From IMG/VR virus record IMGVR_UViG_3300042545_001275, positions 1 through 64,000 of that record: DNA of 64,000 nt; one strand, 5' to 3'. The DNA is from an uncultured virus (IMG/VR IMGVR_UViG_3300042545_001275) (lineage: Duplodnaviria; Heunggongvirae; Uroviricota; Caudoviricetes). The notes below the pieces were generated by a model. The model saw only the letters and a program-made list of their open reading frames with translations, searched no databases and was not told the origin of the DNA. Below, in pieces: positions 10,678 through 19,966 of the stretch (positions are counted from its first letter, which is position 1; each line of letters starts with the position of its first letter). Both the position numbers and the translations under genes were made by a program.

Positions 10678-11250
10678 TTAAACGCTAAAATCTTTATAAA
10701 AATGATAACTAAATGTAGATGTGAATGATACAATTTCACCAGTGCCTTCAGCAATGTTATAAGTTAAATCTCCGATTTGTCTTATACCAACGCCGATTAA
10801 TTGTATAGTTTTAACGATTTGTAAAGGTTGTCCGCTTGTAGCACCTGATTCTCTTGTGCAAGGAATTGAAAGAACATCAAGAGTGAGTGTGCTTTCTGGT
10901 CCTGGCATACATAAGTTAGCAGTTGTATCTTCGTTATTAAATGCCACTCTGGATGCTTTTTCAAGTTTAGTTCTTAAATCAAGATTTTGATCACAATAAA
11001 AATCTATACTATAACCTTCAGCATTTGCATAAGTTGCTCTTCCACCAAGGTTAAATTGCTGACCTGCATAGCTCACAGTCTTATTTTCGATTGTTCTTCC
11101 TGGAAGAATACCTGACTTAGCATAAATCAAATCAGTTTCTCCATTCAAGTTGAGACCTGGGAGTGTGATTTGTTTTATTCTAAAAAGGAAATCTCTTGAG
11201 AATTGTTTTTGTGCGGCTTGCGAAAAGAAGGTTTCAATATTTGCTGGCAT
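10678..11250 (-). CDS. gp19: tail tube protein gp19
   Basis: RDFLFR, LPGRTIENKTVSYAGQQFNLGG, FTSTFSYHFY; directly downstream of sheath. Confidence 0.8.
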   Translation of the reverse strand: MPANIETFFSQAAQKQFSRDFLFRIKQITLPGLNLNGETDLIYAKSGILPGRTIENKTVSYAGQQFNLGGRATYANAEGYSIDFYCDQNLDLRTKLEKASRVAFNNEDTTANLCMPGPESTLTLDVLSIPCTRESGATSGQPLQIVKTIQLIGVGIRQIGDLTYNIAEGTGEIVSFTSTFSYHFYKDFSV

Positions 11251-11305
11251 GTAATTATTTAGTCTGAGAACAATAAAAAAATAAAATTGATATTGATTAT
11301 CACAT

Positions 11306-11342
11306 AAAAAAAGCAGGAGATAATTTCTATCTCCTGCTTTTT
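11306..11342. terminator. bidirectional rho-independent terminator between sheath and tube genes
   Basis: AAAAAAAGCAGGAGATA-ATTTC-TATCTCCTGCTTTTT perfect hairpin with A/T tails. Confidence 0.85.
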
Positions 11343-11363
11343 ATTATATATTATTATATATTA

Positions 11364-13715
11364 TTATATAATTTCTTGGAAGTTAGCATCTGTGCGAGTA
11401 GCTGTAAATGTTACCAATATGAACTCAGCTGCTCTTGTTGGTTTGATTAAGATGTCAGCTCTCAATTCATTGTTATCAATAACTTCAGGAGTGTTTACTC
11501 TTTCGTCAGCTACGATTAGATAGTCATACAACCCTTGATTTTGTTTAGCAAATTCAAGTAATGGTGTAATTGTATTGACAAATCTTGTTCTGGTAAACTC
11601 TGTGTTTGGTTCAAACAAGAAGTATTTAGATGCTTTCTTAACTGGTCTTTCGAGAGCTAAGAAGAGTCTTCTTACATTGATTCTATCAAAGGCACTTGGC
11701 TTGCGGCTAAGAGTCTTTTGACCCATTATAACCATTCCATCACTTGCACTGAAGTATACTGGGTTAATATTTACCTTGTATAATTCATCGCGTTGTTTTT
11801 GGTTTGGATTAATTGCCAAATCAAGTGCTGATGTTGTAAGAACTCCTCTGTTAAATCCTGCTGGTGCAATCCATGGGAATTCATTAGCATCTGTTCTAGC
11901 CATGACTGCAGCTGCATGTGCTGAGAAAGGCATCCAATATTTGTCTCCAGTGAAGTCATCATATGTTTGCACCCAGTTACCATAAACCGCAGCGTATGAA
12001 GAATTAGTTGATGAAAATTGGTGTCTGATTGGCCAATATACATCTGTTTGGAATGTCTTGGTTCTATCAGAGAGAACCTTTGAATTTTTTCCTGTTACAA
12101 CAAATTGTCTGATTGCGTCAGCTACGAACATACAATCTCCTCTACCACCAGTGTTGCTTGGAAGATTACAGAAATTTTCAAATTGATTGAAAACCGATGT
12201 GTAATTTGTTCTTATAGCAGTAGCCTCAGTATTGTTATCTATTGGTTGTGATGTTCTAATAGTGCTGAGTTTATTTACAATTGTTGAATTGTACAACGTT
12301 TCATCATAATATGATGTATTAGCTGCACATGCCATTGAGAATATGGTTCCTAAACCACCTTCAACAACCAAATCAATATCGTATATTTCATCATTTTTAA
12401 CTGATTCTAATGCGCGATTTACTTTTGTAGGAATATTACCTAATATTTTCTGAGTAATAACAACATTATTAAATGTTCCAAGAGGATTGAGTCTGTCAGC
12501 ATATCCAAGTGTAGCACTTAATGATTGCAAGGAACTTAATGGTATATTTGCATTATTACCAGATCCTAACAACTGTGAAGATAATATTGGATAATTGGAT
12601 ATTAATCCTTGAGTTAATATACGAATTTTCTTTTGTGGTATTCCATTTAAATCCAAACTCGTGTCGCGGAACTTATTGGAAATATATGGATTTACCATAA
12701 TTTCAATATTTCTGCTGTTTGTATCAACGGATTCCAAGAATTTTGAAACTGCAGGACCACCAGCAGGATTTAATTCAGTTCTGAAAGTGTCAATGGAACC
12801 TACAATTGCATCATCAAGAATATAGTCAAGCTTGAACGCCTCGGTTGCATATATGCTCTTACGAAGTTTAAACACCGCAACGTTCAAAAGATCATCATCT
12901 TCACGATCATTGATGTTGTAGTTTGTGAGATTTTCCATAATCTCAGAGATACTACCAGTTGATGAATTCGGTGTTGCACTGAGATTAAATTGAAGAACTC
13001 CGCTTGGAACGGTTGTGTAAGAAATATTACTTGTTGATAGTGAAACGAAGTTTCCACTCATGCTTACGGTGTTTATTCCAACAACAGCATCAAAGTTTGT
13101 AGCTGGGTTGATATTGGAATTATCTGCTAAAGCAACATAATATCCTTCAAATTGGCTGTTTATTGTTGTTTGTGCTTTATTTAAAATAATAACACCAGCT
13201 TTACCAAGTTCATTAGTAGCACTTAATGTGGTTCTTGTAGCACCAGCAGTCTCGCTCCAATCAAACAACGTACCTTCTAAAGCTTGTCTATATTGGCTTT
13301 CTGTTAAGGTGACTTGAACGGGTGCTCCTAATACATATGTACCAGCTGATAAGTTAAGATTTGTTGTTACAGCACCATCGTAAATAGAGGCTGTTGGATA
13401 AACAAGAGCTGAATATGCATTACTAAATACAGCACCAGAATCAACACCATATGGTAATCTGAAAGTATATATACTTGCGGGTGAGTTTAGAAGTTCTCTA
13501 GCTGAATAATAAAAATAACGTTCAGAACTATTAGTAGGAGTTCCGTAAATCTGCTCAAGTTCATCTCTAGTTGATATTTTAATAACTTCGTCTGTTGGCC
13601 CTTGGTTAGCGAAACCTGCTAAAAACACGTTTGTTCCGACATTTTGAGGTATTCTTAATGAAAGATCGCGTTCTCTGATTTCAACTCCTGGGCTGGTAAT
13701 AGTTCTAGTTGCCAT
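11364..13715 (-). CDS. gp18: tail sheath protein gp18
   Basis: SPGVEIRERDLS, PWIAPAGFNRG, SAFDRINVRRLF, FEPNTEFTR, IKPTRAAEFI. Confidence 0.95.
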   Translation of the reverse strand: MATRTITSPGVEIRERDLSLRIPQNVGTNVFLAGFANQGPTDEVIKISTRDELEQIYGTPTNSSERYFYYSARELLNSPASIYTFRLPYGVDSGAVFSNAYSALVYPTASIYDGAVTTNLNLSAGTYVLGAPVQVTLTESQYRQALEGTLFDWSETAGATRTTLSATNELGKAGVIILNKAQTTINSQFEGYYVALADNSNINPATNFDAVVGINTVSMSGNFVSLSTSNISYTTVPSGVLQFNLSATPNSSTGSISEIMENLTNYNINDREDDDLLNVAVFKLRKSIYATEAFKLDYILDDAIVGSIDTFRTELNPAGGPAVSKFLESVDTNSRNIEIMVNPYISNKFRDTSLDLNGIPQKKIRILTQGLISNYPILSSQLLGSGNNANIPLSSLQSLSATLGYADRLNPLGTFNNVVITQKILGNIPTKVNRALESVKNDEIYDIDLVVEGGLGTIFSMACAANTSYYDETLYNSTIVNKLSTIRTSQPIDNNTEATAIRTNYTSVFNQFENFCNLPSNTGGRGDCMFVADAIRQFVVTGKNSKVLSDRTKTFQTDVYWPIRHQFSSTNSSYAAVYGNWVQTYDDFTGDKYWMPFSAHAAAVMARTDANEFPWIAPAGFNRGVLTTSALDLAINPNQKQRDELYKVNINPVYFSASDGMVIMGQKTLSRKPSAFDRINVRRLFLALERPVKKASKYFLFEPNTEFTRTRFVNTITPLLEFAKQNQGLYDYLIVADERVNTPEVIDNNELRADILIKPTRAAEFILVTFTATRTDANFQEII

Positions 13716-13751
13716 ATCATTATTTATGCTTTTTAAAATATTTTTTTTAAA

Positions 13752-14354
13752 TTAATCCATAGTTAACTTAAAAAGTTCTTGATCTATTAATTCTGTATGT
13801 AATTGACTGTACAAAAATACAAAACCACTGACCAATCTCATATCACCTCCAGGTTGATAATCATAATTCAAACCTTTTAAAGTTGTTGGGAATGCTTTCT
13901 TATAAGTGAATTTAATTCTTTTTTTACCATAGTCATCCAATCCATATATCGTTAGATCGGTTTGATAATCATTAAAGTTAGCATCTATGCTGATATTTCT
14001 TGTATTATATTCCCCGCTTTTTTGATCATGTAACAAATTCAACCATTGATATATACACCAATAGTTATTGTATAATCCATCAACTGCAAAATTCACTTCA
14101 ACTGGTGGATAACTGTTTTTACTATGAGACGATACATACAATGTAGAACCAGCATATCTTGTTTCAATTCCAGGAACTGTTATGTCAGGGACGCTGGTTC
14201 CAAATATTGAAAATTGAACATTATCGGGTATTACAGTTTTATTATTTCTAGTGTGTTTTGTTGAAAATTCTTTTAAAATAGGAGGAACATCAAAAACTAA
14301 TAAAAATTTGTCCTTTGCTGCTTGATTCAGAGGGCTTTGTTTAATCTCTTGCAT
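13752..14354 (-). CDS. tail tube terminator / completion protein (gp3-like)
   Basis: VPDITVPG...VNFAVDGLYNNYWCIYQWL...AFPTTL pattern. Confidence 0.7.
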   Translation of the reverse strand: MQEIKQSPLNQAAKDKFLLVFDVPPILKEFSTKHTRNNKTVIPDNVQFSIFGTSVPDITVPGIETRYAGSTLYVSSHSKNSYPPVEVNFAVDGLYNNYWCIYQWLNLLHDQKSGEYNTRNISIDANFNDYQTDLTIYGLDDYGKKRIKFTYKKAFPTTLKGLNYDYQPGGDMRLVSGFVFLYSQLHTELIDQELFKLTMD

Positions 14355-14356
14355 GA

Positions 14357-15913
14357 TTAAAAGTATTTATCCATAAATTCTGTTTGTCCCGCATCTAAAT
14401 CATATCTAGGATTTGTAAACCCACCTCCCAAGCCAACCCAGCCATCAGCTTGTAAATCTGCAATATCTGAATTTAATTCTGTTGAATTTCCAAAATATAC
14501 GGGAGCTATTTGACTATTTTCAATACCATCAACCTGCTCGTTGGTATATATAGATGTTGAATTTTCAAAATATTTCAATCCAAAATTGTTGAGTGTTATT
14601 TTTGAAGGTTTTCCACAATCATCATATTCTTCAACTGTGAAATATTGTTCTATTAAATCATCATGCAATATCATCAAAGCCCAAATCATAGCCATTGTTC
14701 TATCATCATGCTTTCCAGAACTAGCTCCCCAACTATCATTGGGCAATTTAACAAAATCTTTAACAATTTCTTCTAAAGATTCTTTATTTCTAAATTGAAC
14801 TGCTAACTTATCATTGTAATAATATCTAGCATTTGCAACTGCGTTGTATTTGGTGTTTCTTGAAGAAATCATACCAAGTAATTGTGCATTTTTTCTACCA
14901 GCTAATTTACTACCCCAGGATACAATTTTATCCATATATCCCATATCCAAAGCCAATCTATCAACAACTTGACCGCCTTGATTGTTTCTTTCTATACAAA
15001 CCAAAGGTTTTCCCCAGTGACATAATATTTCATGTACTTTATTAGCAAATTCAGCTACTGGAATAGTATTGTCATAATATTCAGCAACTTCAATTATTTC
15101 ATTTAAATCTGTTATATCTAATATTTTTATACAACTATAATCTCCACCAACGCCATCAGATGTATCAACACCAGCAACATATATCTTTTCGGGCTGAGGA
15201 TGTTCAAATATTTTGTATTTTCCATCCATTAATATTTCAACAGGATCTGAAACAAATTGTTTCATTTTATTATATGCGTCTTCTGTCATTGACCCAGTAC
15301 CCGCATTCATAAATTTACAATTAAATTCTTGCTCCCATTTATCTTCAGAAGCTAATCCACCTTTGATTTCCTTTGCCCACTTTTCATCTCTTCCAGGAAC
15401 TTCATGCCATAAAATTTTATCATGACTCCAATTGTTAGTGTTTTCAATTGCTCCTCTATATATATCATAAAAAAGATTACCAGTTCCATTTGGAGTAGAA
15501 CACATAAAAACTTTAGCTTTTTTAGAAGATGATACAATAGGAAATACAGATGCCCAAAAAGGGTCCATGAGGTGACAATTATGATGTATTATACCATTCC
15601 CTATAAAAGTGTGTGTATCCTCTACATCGTATATGTCGTAAACATCTCTATTTGTGTTTAATTTAACATTTATCACCTTCTCGTAACCGTTCTTTGTTTT
15701 TATAAATTTATTAAAGCTTTCACTCGCTGTGATTGTTTTTTCATTCTTGCCTATAAATCTATGATTGCATGACACTATAGCGTGTTTACCACTCTGTGTT
15801 GTAACAGATACACACATAATGTCTTTTCTTTTTATAACTCCTTTGAAATTCTTCCAGCCATCGTTGGATAATATTTCATATTTTGATTTGTTTAATGCGA
15901 TTTCTTCAGACAT
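14357..15913 (-). CDS. terL: terminase large subunit, C-terminal part, fused to C-terminal split-intein fragment
   Basis: Residues 1-112 intein (ends GIIHHN); then CHLMDPFW, STPNG motif, WEQEFNC, RNase H-like nuclease YVAGVDTSDG and HDDRTMA. Confidence 0.92.
   Translation of the reverse strand: MSEEIALNKSKYEILSNDGWKNFKGVIKRKDIMCVSVTTQSGKHAIVSCNHRFIGKNEKTITASESFNKFIKTKNGYEKVINVKLNTNRDVYDIYDVEDTHTFIGNGIIHHNCHLMDPFWASVFPIVSSSKKAKVFMCSTPNGTGNLFYDIYRGAIENTNNWSHDKILWHEVPGRDEKWAKEIKGGLASEDKWEQEFNCKFMNAGTGSMTEDAYNKMKQFVSDPVEILMDGKYKIFEHPQPEKIYVAGVDTSDGVGGDYSCIKILDITDLNEIIEVAEYYDNTIPVAEFANKVHEILCHWGKPLVCIERNNQGGQVVDRLALDMGYMDKIVSWGSKLAGRKNAQLLGMISSRNTKYNAVANARYYYNDKLAVQFRNKESLEEIVKDFVKLPNDSWGASSGKHDDRTMAMIWALMILHDDLIEQYFTVEEYDDCGKPSKITLNNFGLKYFENSTSIYTNEQVDGIENSQIAPVYFGNSTELNSDIADLQADGWVGLGGGFTNPRYDLDAGQTEFMDKYF
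15578..15913 (-). mobile_element. split intein C-fragment (IntC, 112 aa)
   Basis: Block B SCNH, block F VYDIYDVEDTHTF, block G HHN followed by Cys+1 (TGT at 15577-15575). Confidence 0.9.
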
Positions 15914-17073
15914 ATATCGTGTTCTGTTATTATTTTATAAACATAGCCATGTTTTTCCGCCCATTGTATAGCATATTTATGCTTTGCTAAATTTTTAGGA
16001 TCATCAATTAAAGAAGATGGTTTAATTTCATATAAAATTTTATTTTTACAATCTTCAAAATCCACAATGTAGACATGGGAACATCCGTTATAGTGATATG
16101 GTATTCTAACAGATTCGAATAATAATTCTGGATTTTGCTCATGGAATATTTTTTCCCAGCTACTTCTATATGATTTCAAACCTGTAATATCAGATGATAA
16201 TCTTGAATGGTTCAATCGATTTGAAGATTTTGGAGTGAATGATCCTTTTAATATTTTATCTTTCATGAAAATCGAATGTCTTTCATACACACCGCCATTT
16301 CTATTTTTATCGACTTGGTTCATTATTTTTTCATGTGTCCATGTTTTTTTATTACTTTCTGATATCAATATTTTTGTTTCTTCTGTGTGCCATTGTTTGT
16401 TGTTATTTTTTCTAGATTCCACAGCTTTTTTTCTAGATGATACATTCGATAGATGACTATTATCTCTATTTTTTCCCATATTTGACAATAAATCATACAT
16501 ACATTTATCCGATCCGCAAGTTTTCATAAGTTCACATTTTTTAAATTTTTTATAATCATTGCAAATAGGGCAGTTTATATCGAGCTTGAATATAAACTTA
16601 TATATGCACAACTTTCTAGGAATTGAATGTTCAAAGGATTTTTTGCATATATATTCCATAAATTGAACAGTGTCTATTATTTTTTTATATGCCACTTTTT
16701 TATACAGTTTTTTAAATTTTTCAAAATCTATGTTAGTAATATCTGTATTTTTATATTCATATTCGTTTAGCTTTTTCAAAAACCAATCATGATTTCTATA
16801 TAATTTAGATTCTTCGCATCTAATACCTCCTTTTTTATAACCTTCTTTGCAATTTATAAATTCGAATGGTGGTATTAGTTCACTATCGATTTTAACATGA
16901 TACAACTTTTGAGCTAAACTTGCGTTTTTCAATTGAGGATTATGGTCAAAATAGTGCAGTAATGAACAATATATATGTTCAGCGTTTCTTTTTTTATAGA
17001 AATTTATATTGTATGAATTTTTATTAAGTTTAAACTTAGAATAAAATTCTAATATTTCTGTCCTTTTGTCCAT
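15892..17073 (-). CDS. free-standing putative homing endonuclease (Zn finger, NUMOD3-like helix, TnsA/PD-(D/E)XK-like nuclease)
   Basis: CPIC...CGSDKC; HTEETKILISES; C-terminal YRSSWE...ESVRIPY...YIVDF...YEIKP; sits between the two terL halves. Confidence 0.8.
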   Translation of the reverse strand: MDKRTEILEFYSKFKLNKNSYNINFYKKRNAEHIYCSLLHYFDHNPQLKNASLAQKLYHVKIDSELIPPFEFINCKEGYKKGGIRCEESKLYRNHDWFLKKLNEYEYKNTDITNIDFEKFKKLYKKVAYKKIIDTVQFMEYICKKSFEHSIPRKLCIYKFIFKLDINCPICNDYKKFKKCELMKTCGSDKCMYDLLSNMGKNRDNSHLSNVSSRKKAVESRKNNNKQWHTEETKILISESNKKTWTHEKIMNQVDKNRNGGVYERHSIFMKDKILKGSFTPKSSNRLNHSRLSSDITGLKSYRSSWEKIFHEQNPELLFESVRIPYHYNGCSHVYIVDFEDCKNKILYEIKPSSLIDDPKNLAKHKYAIQWAEKHGYVYKIITEHDICLKKSH

Positions 17074-17084
17074 CTCATAGTTAT

Positions 17085-17750
17085 TTAACCATTTTGGATA
17101 TCATTTTCAAGTTTATTGTAAAAATCATATATACTTATATCTTCAACTTCTCCAGTTTCTTTATTCCTTATTGTTATTGAAGTATCACCATCAACGCATT
17201 CAATGAATGCACATTCGTCAATTATCAAAACAGATACACTTTGTCCACGAGCGGCGGTTCCTGTTGTAGTAGTGATACTTATTCTACTATTATTTTCAAG
17301 TTCCATACTAGTCTTGGCATATTCAACAACTGGAGATTTCAACCAATTTGGTAACATTTCATATGCCATTCGAACACGACTGAAAATTTCAATAGCTGTT
17401 GATTCTTTGTTAGCTACCAATAATATTCTTTGATCTGGAAAGAAATTCGCTATCCATAATATATAAATTGTCATCAAAGTACTCTTGCCTATCTGACGAC
17501 TTGCTAATAAACAGAAGAATCTGTTTTCCATCATTTTTTTTAAAACTCTTTTTTGAGCTTTATATAATTTGATTTTTTTCTTACCATCATCAACATTCAA
17601 TATAAAGAAATAATTTTCAGCAAAGTGTAAAATATTTTTAGAACATTTTTCTAATTCTGCTATTTGTTCTGGAGTATATGCAAATGAGCTGCCTTTAGAT
17701 GGGAGATTTTGATTTCCCATGTAAAATTTTACATCTTCTTTCTTTGCCAT
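17085..17750 (-). CDS. terL: terminase large subunit, N-terminal ATPase part, fused to N-terminal split-intein fragment
   Basis: Walker A ASRQIGKST, ARGQS, Walker B LIIDECAFIE, then intein block A CVDGDT. Confidence 0.92.
   Translation of the reverse strand: MAKKEDVKFYMGNQNLPSKGSSFAYTPEQIAELEKCSKNILHFAENYFFILNVDDGKKKIKLYKAQKRVLKKMMENRFFCLLASRQIGKSTLMTIYILWIANFFPDQRILLVANKESTAIEIFSRVRMAYEMLPNWLKSPVVEYAKTSMELENNSRISITTTTGTAARGQSVSVLIIDECAFIECVDGDTSITIRNKETGEVEDISIYDFYNKLENDIQNG
17088..17198 (-). mobile_element. split intein N-fragment (IntN, 37 aa)
   Basis: CVDGDTSITIRNKETGEVEDISIYDFYNKLENDIQNG then stop; Cys1 codon at 17198-17196. Confidence 0.9.
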
Positions 17751-17756
17751 CCTGTT

Positions 17757-17764
17757 TATTTATA
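17757..17764 (-). promoter_or_regulatory. T4-type late promoter TATAAATA for terL-N
   Basis: Perfect TATAAATA on minus strand, 6 nt before the ATG. Confidence 0.7.
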
Positions 17765-17785
17765 TAAAAAAAGATAAATAACAAT

Positions 17786-18748
17786 ATGTTCAAAAAAGAC
17801 ATGCAACGAATCGGGGATGTTTATGGGGATGTTTTAAATTCCTTGAAGCATAATATCATCAAAGAAGATAAACAACCAGAAAATGCTTTCAATAGCGATT
17901 TTCCTAAACAAGATGGTGGACCATCTGAAAAAGGAGGTTATAGTAAAGCGTTGAATGATAAATGTTGCAACGATTGTGAAAATTGCAACTGTGGCAAAAA
18001 TAATAAAGAAGAAGATTCAGAAGAAACAGCTACAGGAAATAAAAAAGCATTAGACTCAATCATTTCAAAATTAGAAAACCCCGATTTAACTGCTGAACAA
18101 AAAGAATCTTTAGAAAAAAAGAAAAAAGAAATAGAATTGATGTTACAATCTGAAGAAGGAGAAGAAAATATTAAAGAAGAAAGTATAAAAAATGGAAAGG
18201 AAATACTAAATAACATTATGACTAGAAAAACACTTAGTTTCGACAAATTGTATAAGTCCGTTCTTAATGAAAATTTCGGAATGGGTAATGAAGATGCTGA
18301 AAATGACATCAAAGGTCTTGGTCTTGATGACGAAATGTCAGATGATGAGATCGGTGATGAAGTTGACAGCGAAGGTGATGTAACCATCACACTTGATCGC
18401 GCAACCGCAGAAAAACTTTTAGATATTATCGGGGCTGCTATGGGTGAAACCGAATCAGAAGGTGACGCAGAAGGCGACGAACTTGATTTCGGTGGTGAAG
18501 ACGAAGGTCCAGAGTTTGGTGAAGAAGACGAAGAAACTCTTGGAAAAGGTTCATCACTCACAGGAAAGAAGAACACCGTTGGTAAAGTAAAGCCAAAAGG
18601 TGGTAGCGCAAGCTCAGATGTCACTGATGAAGTTGGCGATGACGGCGATTATGGTCATGCAATTTTAAACGCAAAGCAACCTAACATGGGTACTGGTTCC
18701 AATAACAAAGTTGGTAACTATAAGCAAGGTGCTGAGTACATAAGATAA
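17786..18748 (+). CDS. acidic putative prohead core/internal protein
   Basis: Highly Asp/Glu-rich, internal SFDKLYKSVLNE motif, own TAAATA and terminator. Confidence 0.5.
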   Translation: MFKKDMQRIGDVYGDVLNSLKHNIIKEDKQPENAFNSDFPKQDGGPSEKGGYSKALNDKCCNDCENCNCGKNNKEEDSEETATGNKKALDSIISKLENPDLTAEQKESLEKKKKEIELMLQSEEGEENIKEESIKNGKEILNNIMTRKTLSFDKLYKSVLNENFGMGNEDAENDIKGLGLDDEMSDDEIGDEVDSEGDVTITLDRATAEKLLDIIGAAMGETESEGDAEGDELDFGGEDEGPEFGEEDEETLGKGSSLTGKKNTVGKVKPKGGSASSDVTDEVGDDGDYGHAILNAKQPNMGTGSNNKVGNYKQGAEYIR

Positions 18749-18774
18749 TTTAAACAAACCCAAAATAAAATATT

Positions 18775-18801
18775 AAAGGGAGTCTTTCGACTCCCTTTTT
18801 T
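18775..18801 (+). terminator. rho-independent terminator
   Basis: GGGAGTC-TTTC-GACTCCC followed by T tract. Confidence 0.85.
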
Positions 18802-18815
18802 ATTAAATAATTACA

Positions 18816-19157
18816 GTGAAAACATTCGATCAATTTTTCTTAGAATATGCTCATGATATGGCACTGGGAGGAGCTAAATTAGGAGTTCATCTCAATAAAA
18901 AAGGAGGAAACTTAACAATAGATCCCAGTGAAAGAAAAATTATGATGAAGCGACCTGAATATAAACCACAATTATCATTGGGTCAACAATTTGTAGGTAA
19001 TATGTTTGCAGATATATTAATGAAATTGTTTAATTCAACCGAAAGTTATGATAACTTTCAAGAAAATAAAGTTCTAACTTGTAAAAACAGTGATCTTGGA
19101 TTGCAATGTAGATATATCAATAATCAACCAGCAGCAGTTGTAATAAAAGTTAAATAA
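18816..19157 (+). CDS. hypothetical protein with capsid-targeting-like N-terminus
   Basis: MKTFDQFFLE resembles T4 internal protein leader; TAAATA 6 nt upstream. Confidence 0.55.
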   Translation: MKTFDQFFLEYAHDMALGGAKLGVHLNKKGGNLTIDPSERKIMMKRPEYKPQLSLGQQFVGNMFADILMKLFNSTESYDNFQENKVLTCKNSDLGLQCRYINNQPAAVVIKVK

Positions 19158-19161
19158 TTTT

Positions 19162-19965
19162 ATGGGATGTCCTATAACACCACTATCATGTCTTGAACCT
19201 TCAAATATCTTTGCTGGTATATTTTCACCAGCGTGTGGTGGATTTGCAGACCCTTCTAGATTTCAAGCTGAACGAGCTGTTTATAACAGCGGATTTAATG
19301 AATTAATAAATAATTTTGGAGTTGATATTGATTATTATATACACACATATAATTTATCAGCAGCTAATAATTTTTATGGAGAACACACAACAGCTCCGTA
19401 TTATGGACCTATAAAAGTACGTGCATATGTAGAATATGAACACAACTCAGTACCATTACAAGTTTATGGTTGGGAGCCTGATGATAGTGTTACTATGTAT
19501 GTACATATCAATACATTTACAACAGCTTATAAATCTTTAAGCGTATATCCAGTAAACGGTCAAAGAATAGAACCAAAAGCGGATGATGGTTTTATTTTAA
19601 CTCCATTTGGGTGTGATAGACCTTATTCAAGAAGCCCTAAACATTTTGTTGTAACACAAGTGATTGATGAAGATAGCTCAACTATCAATCCAATGGCGGG
19701 ACATTATGTTTGGAAGATTAATGCTAAGAGATTTGATCACAGTTTTGAAGCTGGATTTAATCATGAAGATGATAATGTTCAAGTATACGATAATTCATTC
19801 AGTGGAGTTTTAAGTTCTAGCATTATTGAAAATGACGGAACTACACTGTCAGAACAAGTATCCAGCGCTCCAAAAACTTATAATTTTGATGTTGATGAAT
19901 ATGTTAAAGAAAAAATCTTTAATAACAAAGTTAATGACACATCAATTTATGGTGATTATTTTTAA
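19162..19965 (+). CDS. neck / head closure protein (gp14-like)
   Basis: ELINNFGVDIDYY, NFYGE, RAYVEY, EPKADD, HYVWKINAKRF pattern. Confidence 0.7.
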   Translation: MGCPITPLSCLEPSNIFAGIFSPACGGFADPSRFQAERAVYNSGFNELINNFGVDIDYYIHTYNLSAANNFYGEHTTAPYYGPIKVRAYVEYEHNSVPLQVYGWEPDDSVTMYVHINTFTTAYKSLSVYPVNGQRIEPKADDGFILTPFGCDRPYSRSPKHFVVTQVIDEDSSTINPMAGHYVWKINAKRFDHSFEAGFNHEDDNVQVYDNSFSGVLSSSIIENDGTTLSEQVSSAPKTYNFDVDEYVKEKIFNNKVNDTSIYGDYF

Positions 19966-19966
19966 A

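Noticed and set aside
15914..17084. Group I intron as the cause of the terL interruption
   Set aside because: The gap is filled by the endonuclease ORF, leaving no room for a ribozyme core, and both flanks carry intein motifs.
17938..18624. 228-aa Ser-rich minus-strand ORF
   Set aside because: Antisense mirror of the GAA/GAT-rich acidic gene.
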